Virus record (IMG/VR): IMGVR_UViG_3300032250_000184
Coordinates: 8,708 to 72,707 of that record
Reading direction: 5' to 3' (one strand)
Source of the DNA: a virus
Lineage: Duplodnaviria > Caudoviricetes
Length of the DNA stretch: 64,000 bases
In this document: one piece after another, positions 29,658 through 37,067 of the stretch
Numbering within the stretch: the first letter of the stretch is position 1
Layout of the letters: each line of letters begins with the position of its first letter
Program-made: the position numbers and the translations under genes
The notes under the pieces: model-generated
Databases searched by the model: none
The model's input: the letters and a program-made list of their open reading frames with translations, nothing else
Told to the model about the DNA's origin: nothing

Positions 29658-30632
29658 TCATTTATTTTTTTCTTTAAAAGCAAGTTCTGCTTTCTCATCA
29701 TATTTACTTATATCTTCTATTTTGTTGGATTTTCTGTTAGGAAATCCTCGTTTCTGAGTCAACGGAGGAATCGTTTCGTCACTAGTGGCATCAATGACGA
29801 TCTCCTCAGTTTTCGATTCAATATCCTCCTCGATTGAAGTGATGTTTTCTTTGGGTATTTCAATCTTATCGTCCGGCCGTTCTTGAATGTCTTGAATTGC
29901 TTCAACACCGAGCTCAGTAGTTTCAGGTACCGAAACGGGAAGTGAAACCTCTGGTTGTTCATCTTTTTTCCTCATTGACATATTCGCTGCTATTAATAAT
30001 AACACAGCTAGAGGGTCAAATACAACCATAATTAACATGATTACCAACCGAACAGCCTTATCTAAACCGTTTTCATCATCAGTACCATAAATCATATCAC
30101 CAATATACTTAATAGGACCAACTTCTGCCTCAAGCTTATTATTCTCTTTTAATAATGGTAACTTTTGTTTATTAAGTTGTGATAATTCTTTTTGAGTATC
30201 TTGAATCTGTTTATCTAAACGATTACTGGCTGTCGATGGATCTTTTGCACGAGCCAACAAATAATCCAACCGTTCTTTTACAATCTTCTCTTGTTGTAAA
30301 ATGGTTTTAATTTCAACTGAATTAACACCGGCATCCATTGTAGAATCGATGTGTGCCTTAGATAAGAAACCAAAAATACCCATACTAGTGATTATCATTA
30401 GAACCACAACGGAGAATGTTAGGTAAGATTTTAACAGTATTGGACAAGTTTTCCAGTTACGATATAACCATGATGCAGTAACCAATTTACTCATTTCCAA
30501 AACAGAACCCATGAAAACGATTGGCCAAAAAGCACCAGTAAAAATTGCAGCCAATCCAATAATAGAATAATAGGCTGCAATACCCGAAAGTAATAAGGCT
30601 GAAAGTAGTGTTAAAAATATCATGGGTGTCAT
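29658..30632 (-). CDS. Membrane protein with coiled coil
   Basis: Several N-terminal TM helices, coiled coil, further TM, acidic tail. Confidence 0.7.
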   Translation of the reverse strand: MTPMIFLTLLSALLLSGIAAYYSIIGLAAIFTGAFWPIVFMGSVLEMSKLVTASWLYRNWKTCPILLKSYLTFSVVVLMIITSMGIFGFLSKAHIDSTMDAGVNSVEIKTILQQEKIVKERLDYLLARAKDPSTASNRLDKQIQDTQKELSQLNKQKLPLLKENNKLEAEVGPIKYIGDMIYGTDDENGLDKAVRLVIMLIMVVFDPLAVLLLIAANMSMRKKDEQPEVSLPVSVPETTELGVEAIQDIQERPDDKIEIPKENITSIEEDIESKTEEIVIDATSDETIPPLTQKRGFPNRKSNKIEDISKYDEKAELAFKEKNK

Positions 30633-33166
30633 GAAAAGAAATCCTCTATTGAACTAGTTTTTTCTGTTGACCACTTCATACAATCTAAAATAACTTTGAT
30701 AGGTTCAAGAAATGCTTTGTCGAATTGCATATCATAATCGATGTATTCTTGCATTTCAAATTCTTTAGGTAAACGAGAAGGATAAGATATGACTGTATCT
30801 TTAAATGGATTTGGCATTTTTAAATAAGTAAACTTAACTTTTTCACCTTCTTGTATTAGTGGATACTTTTTGGTGAGATTCAATCGTTTTAGATTCGTAT
30901 TATAGATAATCGCACCCTTAACATGAATTGGTGTGCCTTTCTTGTAAAGATGTACCGCATCAGAATAGGTATTTAGCCCATTTAGTCCACGAGGAAAAGA
31001 TATTTCTTCTACAGGCAGAGTTTTAAATTCTGCTCTGAAATCTGCAATGAACTTATGAATATCTTCTTGTGTTCCGTTTACCATTAATTGAATTGCCTGT
31101 TTCATCTTCTCACGAATGGCAGAAGGTGTGGACGATTTAATCATCTCAAGACCCATCACCTTCATCTGCGGCTCGTTATACTGCACACCCTCATTATTGT
31201 ATACATTTAGAATGTAACGCTTCTTGGCCGTCCAAATACCTTTATTGGAAAGGCCTTCTCGTTTCATCTGCATTTTTTGGTCATAAGCATGAACATACGT
31301 AGCAAGCTCTTGATAACTTTTGTCAATAAAAGGTTGTAACTTATCTTCACAGACCTTGTCCATGAAGGCGATAACTTGTTTAATGTCAGTCTGGTTTGGA
31401 TACACCTTCTTAACAAGTTCACCAAGGTGGAGATAAATCGAATCTGTGTCAGAGGCGATAACATAATCTTCTTCCGTTTTCAATAAGTTGTTCATGTATT
31501 GGTTAATCTTATTTTCGATCCAACGAATACTTAATTGTCCAGCAGTTGTAACACCCAAAGCCATTCTTAGGTCATAAAATCTAAAATATTGAGAACCAAG
31601 AGCACCGTAAGCAGAGTTAAGAGAAACTTTTTTGGCGAGCTGAATATTGTTGTACTTAGCGATTCGTTTTTCGATTTCGTATTTTTTCGATTCATCTGTT
31701 TCATTTTCATACTCCTGTTTTGCAGCCAACATCATCTTTTTAAACTTACTTCTATCTTGATACATTTCTTCCATCATCTTAGGTAAGAAACCTTGAATGT
31801 CTGTACGAAAGAATTGTCCGTTTGGAGTGAGTGTAACATTCTCTAAACCAGATGTATCAACCGATTTAGTTAGGAGTTTTTCGACCGAAACACCTTGTGA
31901 TAAAACATTCCTCATCTCTTGAGTATAATCTTCAGGCTCGATCAAAGTTTCTGGAGAAATATTATATTGCATCATCAGGTGTGGATAGAGTGAGTTCAAA
32001 TCGAAACTAGCAACCCAATCATGTAGTCCTGTCTTTGGTGTTTTAACATATGCACCCTCAAACATTCCATCTTTTTCTTTTACTTCTCTTGGTGGAACAA
32101 TAATGTTTTTCTCACGCAAGTAGGAATAAGTCATTGCATCCCACATGCGAGTCTGTGCAAAAATATCTTCATAGTTGGATTTTGTATCGTAGGCCAGAGT
32201 TACACCTAGTTCCAACAGTTTCAACTTTTCTTCAAGACGAACAATCAATTCAACGTCTTTAATGTTATACTCAATAAACTTTTGATAGTTTAAACGATAT
32301 AGTGCATGTAGATTATCATATTCATCATAGGCAATCTTACCTTCACCCAGCTCGACTTGTGCAATGTTATCTAAACGATAAGATTCTTGTGACTTACCAC
32401 CTGGCGCATACCATTTGTATAGTTCAATATAATCAAGTGATGCAACACCAACAATGTCGTAAGCGATTAACTCACGGCCATTGATTCGGGTCTTTCTTTC
32501 GGTAAGATATTTCCAAGGAGACAAGGTTTTGGTTTCATCTTCACCTAGAATTTTACGGAAACGATTGATGATGTATGGTATGTCAAAGAACTTGGTATTC
32601 CAACCAGTAAGAATATCAGGACACACTTTTGTCCAGAGTGCCATGAATTGTTTGCATAAAGAATATTCATCTTTACACTTCACATAAACTTCTTCACCTT
32701 GTGTAACATACTCACCACAACCAAACACATAAGTTTTACCGTTAAGGTATTTTACCGCAATTGCTGTGATGGGTTCGTTTGCTTCATAAGGATCAGGAAA
32801 TCCATTCTCGGAACCAACCTCGATATCGATTACAGCAATTAAGACTTTATCTTGGTCATAGTCAACCATGCCTTGGTGTTGGTCGGCAATGTAAGCATAT
32901 TCAAATCGTGTTTGGCCATAGACTTTAGAAGCACCAGACACACCTTCAAACTGCTTGATGTAATCTCTTGCCTCTTTAGTTGTACCAAATACTTTTTGAT
33001 CTAGATAATCACCAGTGAGTGTGGTGAAATTAGTAACTCGTTTGGATGGTAGAAAAAGAGAAGGAGAATACTCAATTCTTTGCTTTACTCTCTTACCATC
33101 TATAATACCACGGTAGAGAATGTTACTACCAAAACATTGAACATTAGTATAGAATGATGAACTCAA
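30629..33166 (-). CDS. 43: Family B DNA polymerase (gp43), uninterrupted
   Basis: DIEVGS exo, SFDLNSLYPH, KVSLNSAYG, SDTDSIY. Confidence 0.97.
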   Translation of the reverse strand: MSSSFYTNVQCFGSNILYRGIIDGKRVKQRIEYSPSLFLPSKRVTNFTTLTGDYLDQKVFGTTKEARDYIKQFEGVSGASKVYGQTRFEYAYIADQHQGMVDYDQDKVLIAVIDIEVGSENGFPDPYEANEPITAIAVKYLNGKTYVFGCGEYVTQGEEVYVKCKDEYSLCKQFMALWTKVCPDILTGWNTKFFDIPYIINRFRKILGEDETKTLSPWKYLTERKTRINGRELIAYDIVGVASLDYIELYKWYAPGGKSQESYRLDNIAQVELGEGKIAYDEYDNLHALYRLNYQKFIEYNIKDVELIVRLEEKLKLLELGVTLAYDTKSNYEDIFAQTRMWDAMTYSYLREKNIIVPPREVKEKDGMFEGAYVKTPKTGLHDWVASFDLNSLYPHLMMQYNISPETLIEPEDYTQEMRNVLSQGVSVEKLLTKSVDTSGLENVTLTPNGQFFRTDIQGFLPKMMEEMYQDRSKFKKMMLAAKQEYENETDESKKYEIEKRIAKYNNIQLAKKVSLNSAYGALGSQYFRFYDLRMALGVTTAGQLSIRWIENKINQYMNNLLKTEEDYVIASDTDSIYLHLGELVKKVYPNQTDIKQVIAFMDKVCEDKLQPFIDKSYQELATYVHAYDQKMQMKREGLSNKGIWTAKKRYILNVYNNEGVQYNEPQMKVMGLEMIKSSTPSAIREKMKQAIQLMVNGTQEDIHKFIADFRAEFKTLPVEEISFPRGLNGLNTYSDAVHLYKKGTPIHVKGAIIYNTNLKRLNLTKKYPLIQEGEKVKFTYLKMPNPFKDTVISYPSRLPKEFEMQEYIDYDMQFDKAFLEPIKVILDCMKWSTEKTSSIEDFFS

Positions 33167-33167
33167 T

Positions 33168-33479
33168 TTAGCCTGTAATTAAAGATTTGGTTGGCGGAAG
33201 AACGATACCAGAACCAAAAATTTGATTGTAGTTTGTAATAAAATCTTCCGCAGGAACATAGGAGTATACTACATTCTTCTTAGCTAAGGCAACCAGTGCA
33301 TTTGATTTTTGTTCGGCATGAATGGGAAACGGTGCGAATCCAACAGAGGGTTGGCCATCTTTACCACGAACCACGGCAATACCAACAGGATTAACTATTA
33401 CAAATTCGGTTTCAGATTCAGATTCAACTTCTCCAAGAACATCTTCACCGGTTATTAATTTAAGTGCTAAAACTTTCAT
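33168..33479 (-). CDS. Small conserved protein (Sm-like pattern)
   Basis: MKVLALKLITGEDVLGE; GGAGA RBS; longer track ORF starts inside a tRNA. Confidence 0.7.
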   Translation of the reverse strand: MKVLALKLITGEDVLGEVESESETEFVIVNPVGIAVVRGKDGQPSVGFAPFPIHAEQKSNALVALAKKNVVYSYVPAEDFITNYNQIFGSGIVLPPTKSLITG

Positions 33480-33500
33480 TATACTATCTCCATTTTTGAT

Positions 33501-33574
33501 TGGTTGCGGATCCTGGAGTCGAACCAAGAACTGAGGATTATGAGTCCTCTGTGATACCTTTTCACCAACCCGCT
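33501..33574 (-). tRNA. tRNA-CAT, initiator-like (fMet)
   Basis: Cloverleaf, loop CTCATAA, A1.A72 mismatch, ends CCGCA-ACCA like fMet; anticodon stem lacks three G-C pairs. Confidence 0.85.
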
Positions 33575-33581
33575 ATATTTT

Positions 33582-33821
33582 TTAACCGTAAATAAAAATT
33601 ACTTCGTTGATAGGAACAACATATTGTTCATCTTCAACTTTTACCGCTTTGTTCCAATTTAAGAGCAACTCATCACCAATTGAAACCTCATCGACTTTAG
33701 GACCAAGAGCAACAACTACAGCTCGATCAGGTTCTTCTGTCCACTTTAAAATGATTCCAGACTCGGTTTGTTTTTCTGCTGCAATTCGTGTTACAATAAT
33801 GTTATCTCTTAACGGTTTCAT
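33582..33821 (-). CDS. groES: GroES/Cpn10 co-chaperonin (short)
   Basis: MKPLRDNIIV, TESGII, VVVALGP, V.IGD. Confidence 0.88.
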   Translation of the reverse strand: MKPLRDNIIVTRIAAEKQTESGIILKWTEEPDRAVVVALGPKVDEVSIGDELLLNWNKAVKVEDEQYVVPINEVIFIYG

Positions 33822-33848
33822 AATTACCTTTCATGTGAATTTGATGTT

Positions 33849-34205
33849 GCATTGTTGAGAATACTGTTTCGTGTTTAAAAGATTCTGGCCTGTGCTGGTT
33901 AACCCAGTCATTGCACGGATCTTTCCTCAATCGCATCGTTTACTCGGCATCAGCGTTCCGATATTTCCCAGATTTTGGGCTGACTTAACAAGGATAGTTC
34001 ACTTCCCTAACAGTTGGGATTGCTTACTCTTTCGCTCACATTCTCAACAATGCTCTCTGTCCCTAAACAGAGAACTTTGTGTCTTGTTACTTTTGGACGA
34101 CAATCCTCAGGCCTGAATGAGGATACTCGGACACGGCCATTCGTCTTTGTATTTTTAGCCTGTTTGTGCATAACAGAATAGGGATTATCTGTCATAGGCA
34201 TGGCA
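33849..34205 (-). ncRNA. Unidentified structured RNA between tRNA-Gly and groES
   Basis: Perfect 14-bp long-range stem 34053-34040/33862-33849 plus several hairpins; no credible ORF. Confidence 0.6.
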
Positions 34206-34213
34206 CCTCTGTT

Positions 34214-34287
34214 TGGAGCGGGATGTCAGAATCGAACTGACAACGAAAGGTTGGAAACCTTTAGTTTTACCATTAAACTAATCCCGC
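34214..34287 (-). tRNA. tRNA-Gly(TCC)
   Basis: Cloverleaf, loop TTTCCAA, U73, CCA. Confidence 0.95.
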
Positions 34288-34288
34288 A

Positions 34289-34423
34289 TTAATCTTTATC
34301 TTTTCTTGCTTTTTTCTTTGCTTCTAATCTATCTAATAAATCTAATAATTCTTGTTTTGTTAATGTTCTACCCCAGCTAGATGTTGTTGTGTTTGCTTCA
34401 GGAACATCTTTAACTTTTTTCAC
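34289..34423 (-). CDS. Small hypothetical protein (44 aa)
   Basis: GTG start; MKKVKDVPEANTTTSSWGRTLTKQELLDLLDRLEAKKKARKDKD; below track cutoff. Confidence 0.5.
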   Translation of the reverse strand: MKKVKDVPEANTTTSSWGRTLTKQELLDLLDRLEAKKKARKDKD

Positions 34424-34426
34424 GAC

Positions 34427-34642
34427 TTATTCTGTAGCTACTGGCTCTGCACTTTTGCCAAAAGTTTGTGTTTGTAAACGATTTGCAATAGCTCTTTTAA
34501 TTTTAGAAATGTGTTTCTTACGAGCACTATCTAACAATTTTGTTAATTGAGCAATGTTCAAAGGACCTAAACGTGGCTTGCCAGTTTTGGTCAACATAGG
34601 ATTTGCTTTACGAGTTTTTTGATTTGAACCTTTTCCTGCCAT
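34427..34642 (-). CDS. Small basic protein
   Basis: AAAGGA RBS; Lys/Arg-rich 71 aa. Confidence 0.7.
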   Translation of the reverse strand: MAGKGSNQKTRKANPMLTKTGKPRLGPLNIAQLTKLLDSARKKHISKIKRAIANRLQTQTFGKSAEPVATE

Positions 34643-34668
34643 AATATTTTATCCTTTAAACTAAAATT

Positions 34669-34735
34669 TGGAGCGGTGGTCTGCTATGCTCAGATAATTC
34701 AAGAGGGTATCTCAAATCGTACTATTACACACCGC
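34669..34735 (-). ncRNA. Degenerate tRNA-Gly-like RNA (67 nt, ACC anticodon-like)
   Basis: GCGGTG/CACCGC acceptor, U73-CCA, mini D arm, loop ATACCCT, T loop AGCATAG. Confidence 0.65.
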
Positions 34736-34803
34736 ATATCCTGCTTACCGGTTACAGGGTCACTTAATGACGGAAGTTTTGCTGTTTCACAACAGTAAAT
34801 CTA

Positions 34804-34851
34804 ATTATATACTTATCTATGATGTTTGTCAATAGATAATGTGGTACACTT
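34804..34851 (-). promoter_or_regulatory. Consensus sigma70 promoter with upstream 12-bp box and dyad over -35
   Basis: TTGACA-17-TATAAT; AAGTGTACCACA at 34851-34840; TTATCTAT/ATAGATAA inverted repeat. Confidence 0.8.
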
Positions 34852-34925
34852 GGTGGGCCAAGATAGAATTGAACTATCACTCCATCGATTATGAGTCGAT
34901 TGCTTTACCATTAAGCTACTGGCCC
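34851..34925 (-). tRNA. tRNA-CAT (Ile2 or Met)
   Basis: Cloverleaf, loop CTCATAA, CCA; Ile2 assignment is inference. Confidence 0.9.
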
Positions 34926-34926
34926 C

Positions 34927-35001
34927 TGGTCCGGCTAGCAGGAATCGAACCCACATTAAGGGAGTAGAAATCCCCTGTATTATCCATTATACTATAGCCA
35001 G
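34927..35001 (-). tRNA. tRNA-Arg(TCT)
   Basis: Cloverleaf, loop TTTCTAC, CCA. Confidence 0.92.
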
Positions 35002-35128
35002 AATTATTATAGTGAAGCCACACCAAGGTGAAATGAACTTATTAGTAAATCCTTGGAAATACCACAGAGGTTCCGGCTTACCAATCCCGACCTGTTAAGG
35101 TTTAGGTGTGCTTCACTATAATAATTCT
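35000..35128. repeat. 24-bp inverted repeat enclosing about 80 nt
   Basis: 35000-35024 pairs with 35105-35128 with a single bulged C. Confidence 0.8.
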
Positions 35129-35246
35129 TTTTAGATTTCTCTAATCGTCTTATAGCTTTGTTACTTTTTTTATGACTCCCAGCTTTACGAAACAATGCCA
35201 ATTTGACAAGATAGTTTCGTGGTTGAGGAGTATTTTTCTTCTTCAT
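35007..35246 (-). CDS. Small basic protein whose C-terminal half runs through the inverted-repeat element
   Basis: AAGGAGA RBS; MKKKNTPQPRNYLVKLALFRKAGSH; stop codon lies in the 3' arm. Confidence 0.6.
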   Translation of the reverse strand: MKKKNTPQPRNYLVKLALFRKAGSHKKSNKAIRRLEKSKKNYYSEAHLNLNRSGLVSRNLCGISKDLLISSFHLGVASL

Positions 35247-35264
35247 AATACTCTCCTTAAAAAA

Positions 35265-35339
35265 TGGTGGTAATGAGTAGATTCGAACTACTGACCTACT
35301 CCGTATGAAGGAGTTGCACTACCGCTGTGCTACATTACC
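35265..35339 (-). tRNA. tRNA-Met(CAT), probably elongator
   Basis: Cloverleaf, loop TTCATAC, CCA. Confidence 0.9.
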
Positions 35340-35340
35340 A

Positions 35341-35431
35341 TGGAGCTCGTTGTGTAAACGGGACGGCAAACTCCGTTGTTGTTCGGCCGAGAGGATCACC
35401 CAGCCCAATCATTACACTTGATACAACAATC
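35341..35431 (-). ncRNA. 91-nt CCA-terminated non-cloverleaf RNA
   Basis: Fills the Tyr-Met gap almost exactly; 7-bp acceptor-like stem, 6-bp extension, two hairpins. Confidence 0.55.
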
Positions 35432-35516
35432 TGGTGGGGAATACTGGGATCGAACCAGTCGTGCCGCAAGGCGGCGGATTTACAGTCCGCTGAATCACCA
35501 TTGATTCTTCTTCCCC
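35432..35516 (-). tRNA. tRNA-Tyr(GTA)
   Basis: Long variable arm, loop CTGTAAA, CCA. Confidence 0.93.
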
Positions 35517-35522
35517 AAAACT

Positions 35523-35599
35523 TGGCTCCCTAGCGTGGGTACGATCCACGGACCTTCTGATTAACAGTCAGACGCTACTACCAACTGAGCTACTAGGGA
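35523..35599 (-). tRNA. tRNA-Asn(GTT)
   Basis: Loop CTGTTAA, G73, CCA; atypical T loop ATCGTAC. Confidence 0.9.
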
Positions 35600-36237
35600 A
35601 TATTCTTAATTACTCTACCTTTTTTCCAACCTTCAGGTATGATATCGTTCTTTTTAATTCTAATACTTTCAATTCCATTTGTGATCCACATTGTACCATA
35701 TTGTGAATTGCCTAAACCTTTTTGGTGAATACTGTTTTTTTCACCTATTTTTTTCTTGGATTCTTCTTTGTGTTTTTTACCTATCCAAGAGTAAGTATCT
35801 TTCCACGTTCTTAACAAACCTTTTTTGTGTAGTTCTTTGGATTGTTTTCTATTTCTTTCAATATATTCTTCACGAAATTTTGAATCTTCATTTAATCTTT
35901 TTATTAAAGCATCACTACCTAATTTACCAATTCGTTTTCGTTGTTCGTCTGTTATATTTTTGTTTATAAAATCAAAACCACCATCACCACCTTTTTTCAA
36001 GTTGTATGTGTGTGGCCCAATTTCAACCAATTCTTTTTCTTTCTCAAACATTTCTTCGGCTGAAGAAGCTTCAAAAATAATTTCTTTAATAAAACTATCT
36101 ACACCATATTTTGATATAGCTCGTTTTAAATATTTACCGGAACCAAAATAACCATCATTTTTGTCTCTGGTTTTATGACAACCGATATAAATCTTATTGT
36201 TAATAGTATTTGTTATCTTATATACAAGGTAAAACAT
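35593..36237 (-). CDS. Seg-like GIY-YIG homing endonuclease in the tRNA cluster
   Basis: YLVYKITNTINNKIYIGCH...YFGSG; HKEESKKKIG NUMOD3-like; WITNG. Confidence 0.88.
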   Translation of the reverse strand: MFYLVYKITNTINNKIYIGCHKTRDKNDGYFGSGKYLKRAISKYGVDSFIKEIIFEASSAEEMFEKEKELVEIGPHTYNLKKGGDGGFDFINKNITDEQRKRIGKLGSDALIKRLNEDSKFREEYIERNRKQSKELHKKGLLRTWKDTYSWIGKKHKEESKKKIGEKNSIHQKGLGNSQYGTMWITNGIESIRIKKNDIIPEGWKKGRVIKNIP

Positions 36238-36281
36238 ATTTTCTCCCAATTATATAATATATATAAAAGTTCGATATTGTA

Positions 36282-36352
36282 TGCTCTGTGAGAGAATCGA
36301 ACTCCCATATCAGGATTACAAATCCAGCGTAATACCATTATACTAACAGAGC
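36282..36352 (-). tRNA. tRNA-Thr(TGT), no encoded CCA
   Basis: Cloverleaf, loop TTTGTAA; discriminator A followed by TAC. Confidence 0.88.
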
Positions 36353-36356
36353 CTAG

Positions 36357-36431
36357 TGGTACACGATACCAGAATCGAACTGGTCTTACCGCCGTGAAAG
36401 GGCGGTGTCCTAACCGATAGACGAATCGTGC
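36357..36431 (-). tRNA. tRNA-Glu(TTC)
   Basis: Cloverleaf, loop CTTTCAC, CCA. Confidence 0.93.
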
Positions 36432-36444
36432 ATCTAAGTAAAAC

Positions 36445-36473
36445 ATTATACATCAATCCACACAATAAGTCAA
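36445..36473 (-). promoter_or_regulatory. sigma70 promoter internal to the tRNA array
   Basis: TTGACT-17-TATAAT just before tRNA-Glu. Confidence 0.75.
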
Positions 36474-36497
36474 GCGGCTGTTGTATGGAAACAACAC

Positions 36498-36572
36498 TGG
36501 TCGGAGTAGAAAGAATCGAACTTTCGAAATCTCGCTCCCAAAGCGAGTGACATACCACTTGCCGATACTCCG
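36498..36572 (-). tRNA. tRNA-Pro(TGG)
   Basis: Cloverleaf, loop TTTGGGA, CCA. Confidence 0.93.
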
Positions 36573-36590
36573 TTTAACTTTACAATAACC

Positions 36591-36664
36591 GGGCATCCCG
36601 TGAGAGAATCGAACTCCCGCCAAGGCGTTTGGAGTGCCTTGTGCTACCATTACACCAACGAGAA
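36591..36664 (-). tRNA. tRNA-Trp(CCA), ends CCC rather than CCA
   Basis: Loop CTCCAAA, G73, T1.T72 mismatch. Confidence 0.85.
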
Positions 36665-36666
36665 CT

Positions 36667-36753
36667 TGGCGGAAAGTATTGGGATCGAACCAATGCACCC
36701 ATTTCTGAATGACGGTTTAGCAAACCGTTGCCTTGCCACTCGGCCAACTTTCC
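36667..36753 (-). tRNA. tRNA-Ser(GCT)
   Basis: Long variable arm, loop TTGCTAA, G73, CCA. Confidence 0.93.
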
Positions 36754-36759
36754 GTAATC

Positions 36760-36847
36760 TGGAGGAAGATGTGAGATTCGAACTCACGGACCTATTACAG
36801 CCTCTAGTTTTCAAGACTAGTGCAATCGACCACTCTGCCAATCTTCC
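36760..36847 (-). tRNA. tRNA-Ser(TGA)
   Basis: Long variable arm, loop CTTGAAA, CCA; U73. Confidence 0.92.
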
Positions 36848-36849
36848 TT

Positions 36850-36926
36850 TGGTGGAGGTGACAGAGAATCGAACCTGCGACCTACTGCTTGCAAAGCAGC
36901 CGCTCTACCAACTGAGCTACACCCCC
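36850..36926 (-). tRNA. tRNA-Ala(TGC)
   Basis: G3.U70 pair, loop TTTGCAA, CCA. Confidence 0.93.
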
Positions 36927-36961
36927 AAAAACAAAAAACCCAAGATGTTTAGTCTTGGGTT
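36927..36961 (-). terminator. Intrinsic terminator (attenuator) immediately 5' of tRNA-Ala
   Basis: AACCCAAGA-ctaaaca-TCTTGGGTT then TTTTGTTTTT. Confidence 0.85.
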
Positions 36962-36986
36962 CGTATAAACTTTGTTACTTAAAAAT

Positions 36987-37061
36987 TTACAAACGAACCC
37001 CTACCTGCCACCCTGCGGCTGGTGATGTATAATTGGATGGGCTTGTAAATATATTTTTCAT
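36987..37061 (-). CDS. Leaderless leader peptide MKNIFTSPSNYTSPAAGWQVGVRL
   Basis: ATG is 7 nt after the -10 box; last codons overlap antiterminator strand GGGTTCGT. Confidence 0.65.
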   Translation of the reverse strand: MKNIFTSPSNYTSPAAGWQVGVRL

Positions 37062-37067
37062 TGTTCT

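Noticed and set aside
33480-33527. Longer start of the 33168 ORF (MVRLQDPQP)
   Set aside because: It starts inside tRNA-fMet; the GGAGA RBS supports ATG 33479
33915-33932. GAGGAAAGATCC resembles the RNase P CR-I motif GAGGAAAGUCC
   Set aside because: AAAGAT pairs locally with ATCTTT in a simple hairpin; no P4 partner or CR-V motif was found downstream
33840-34213. Possible tmRNA, given the size and position in the tRNA cluster
   Set aside because: No Ala acceptor stem, T arm or CCA end, and no tag frame ending in an ALAA-like sequence
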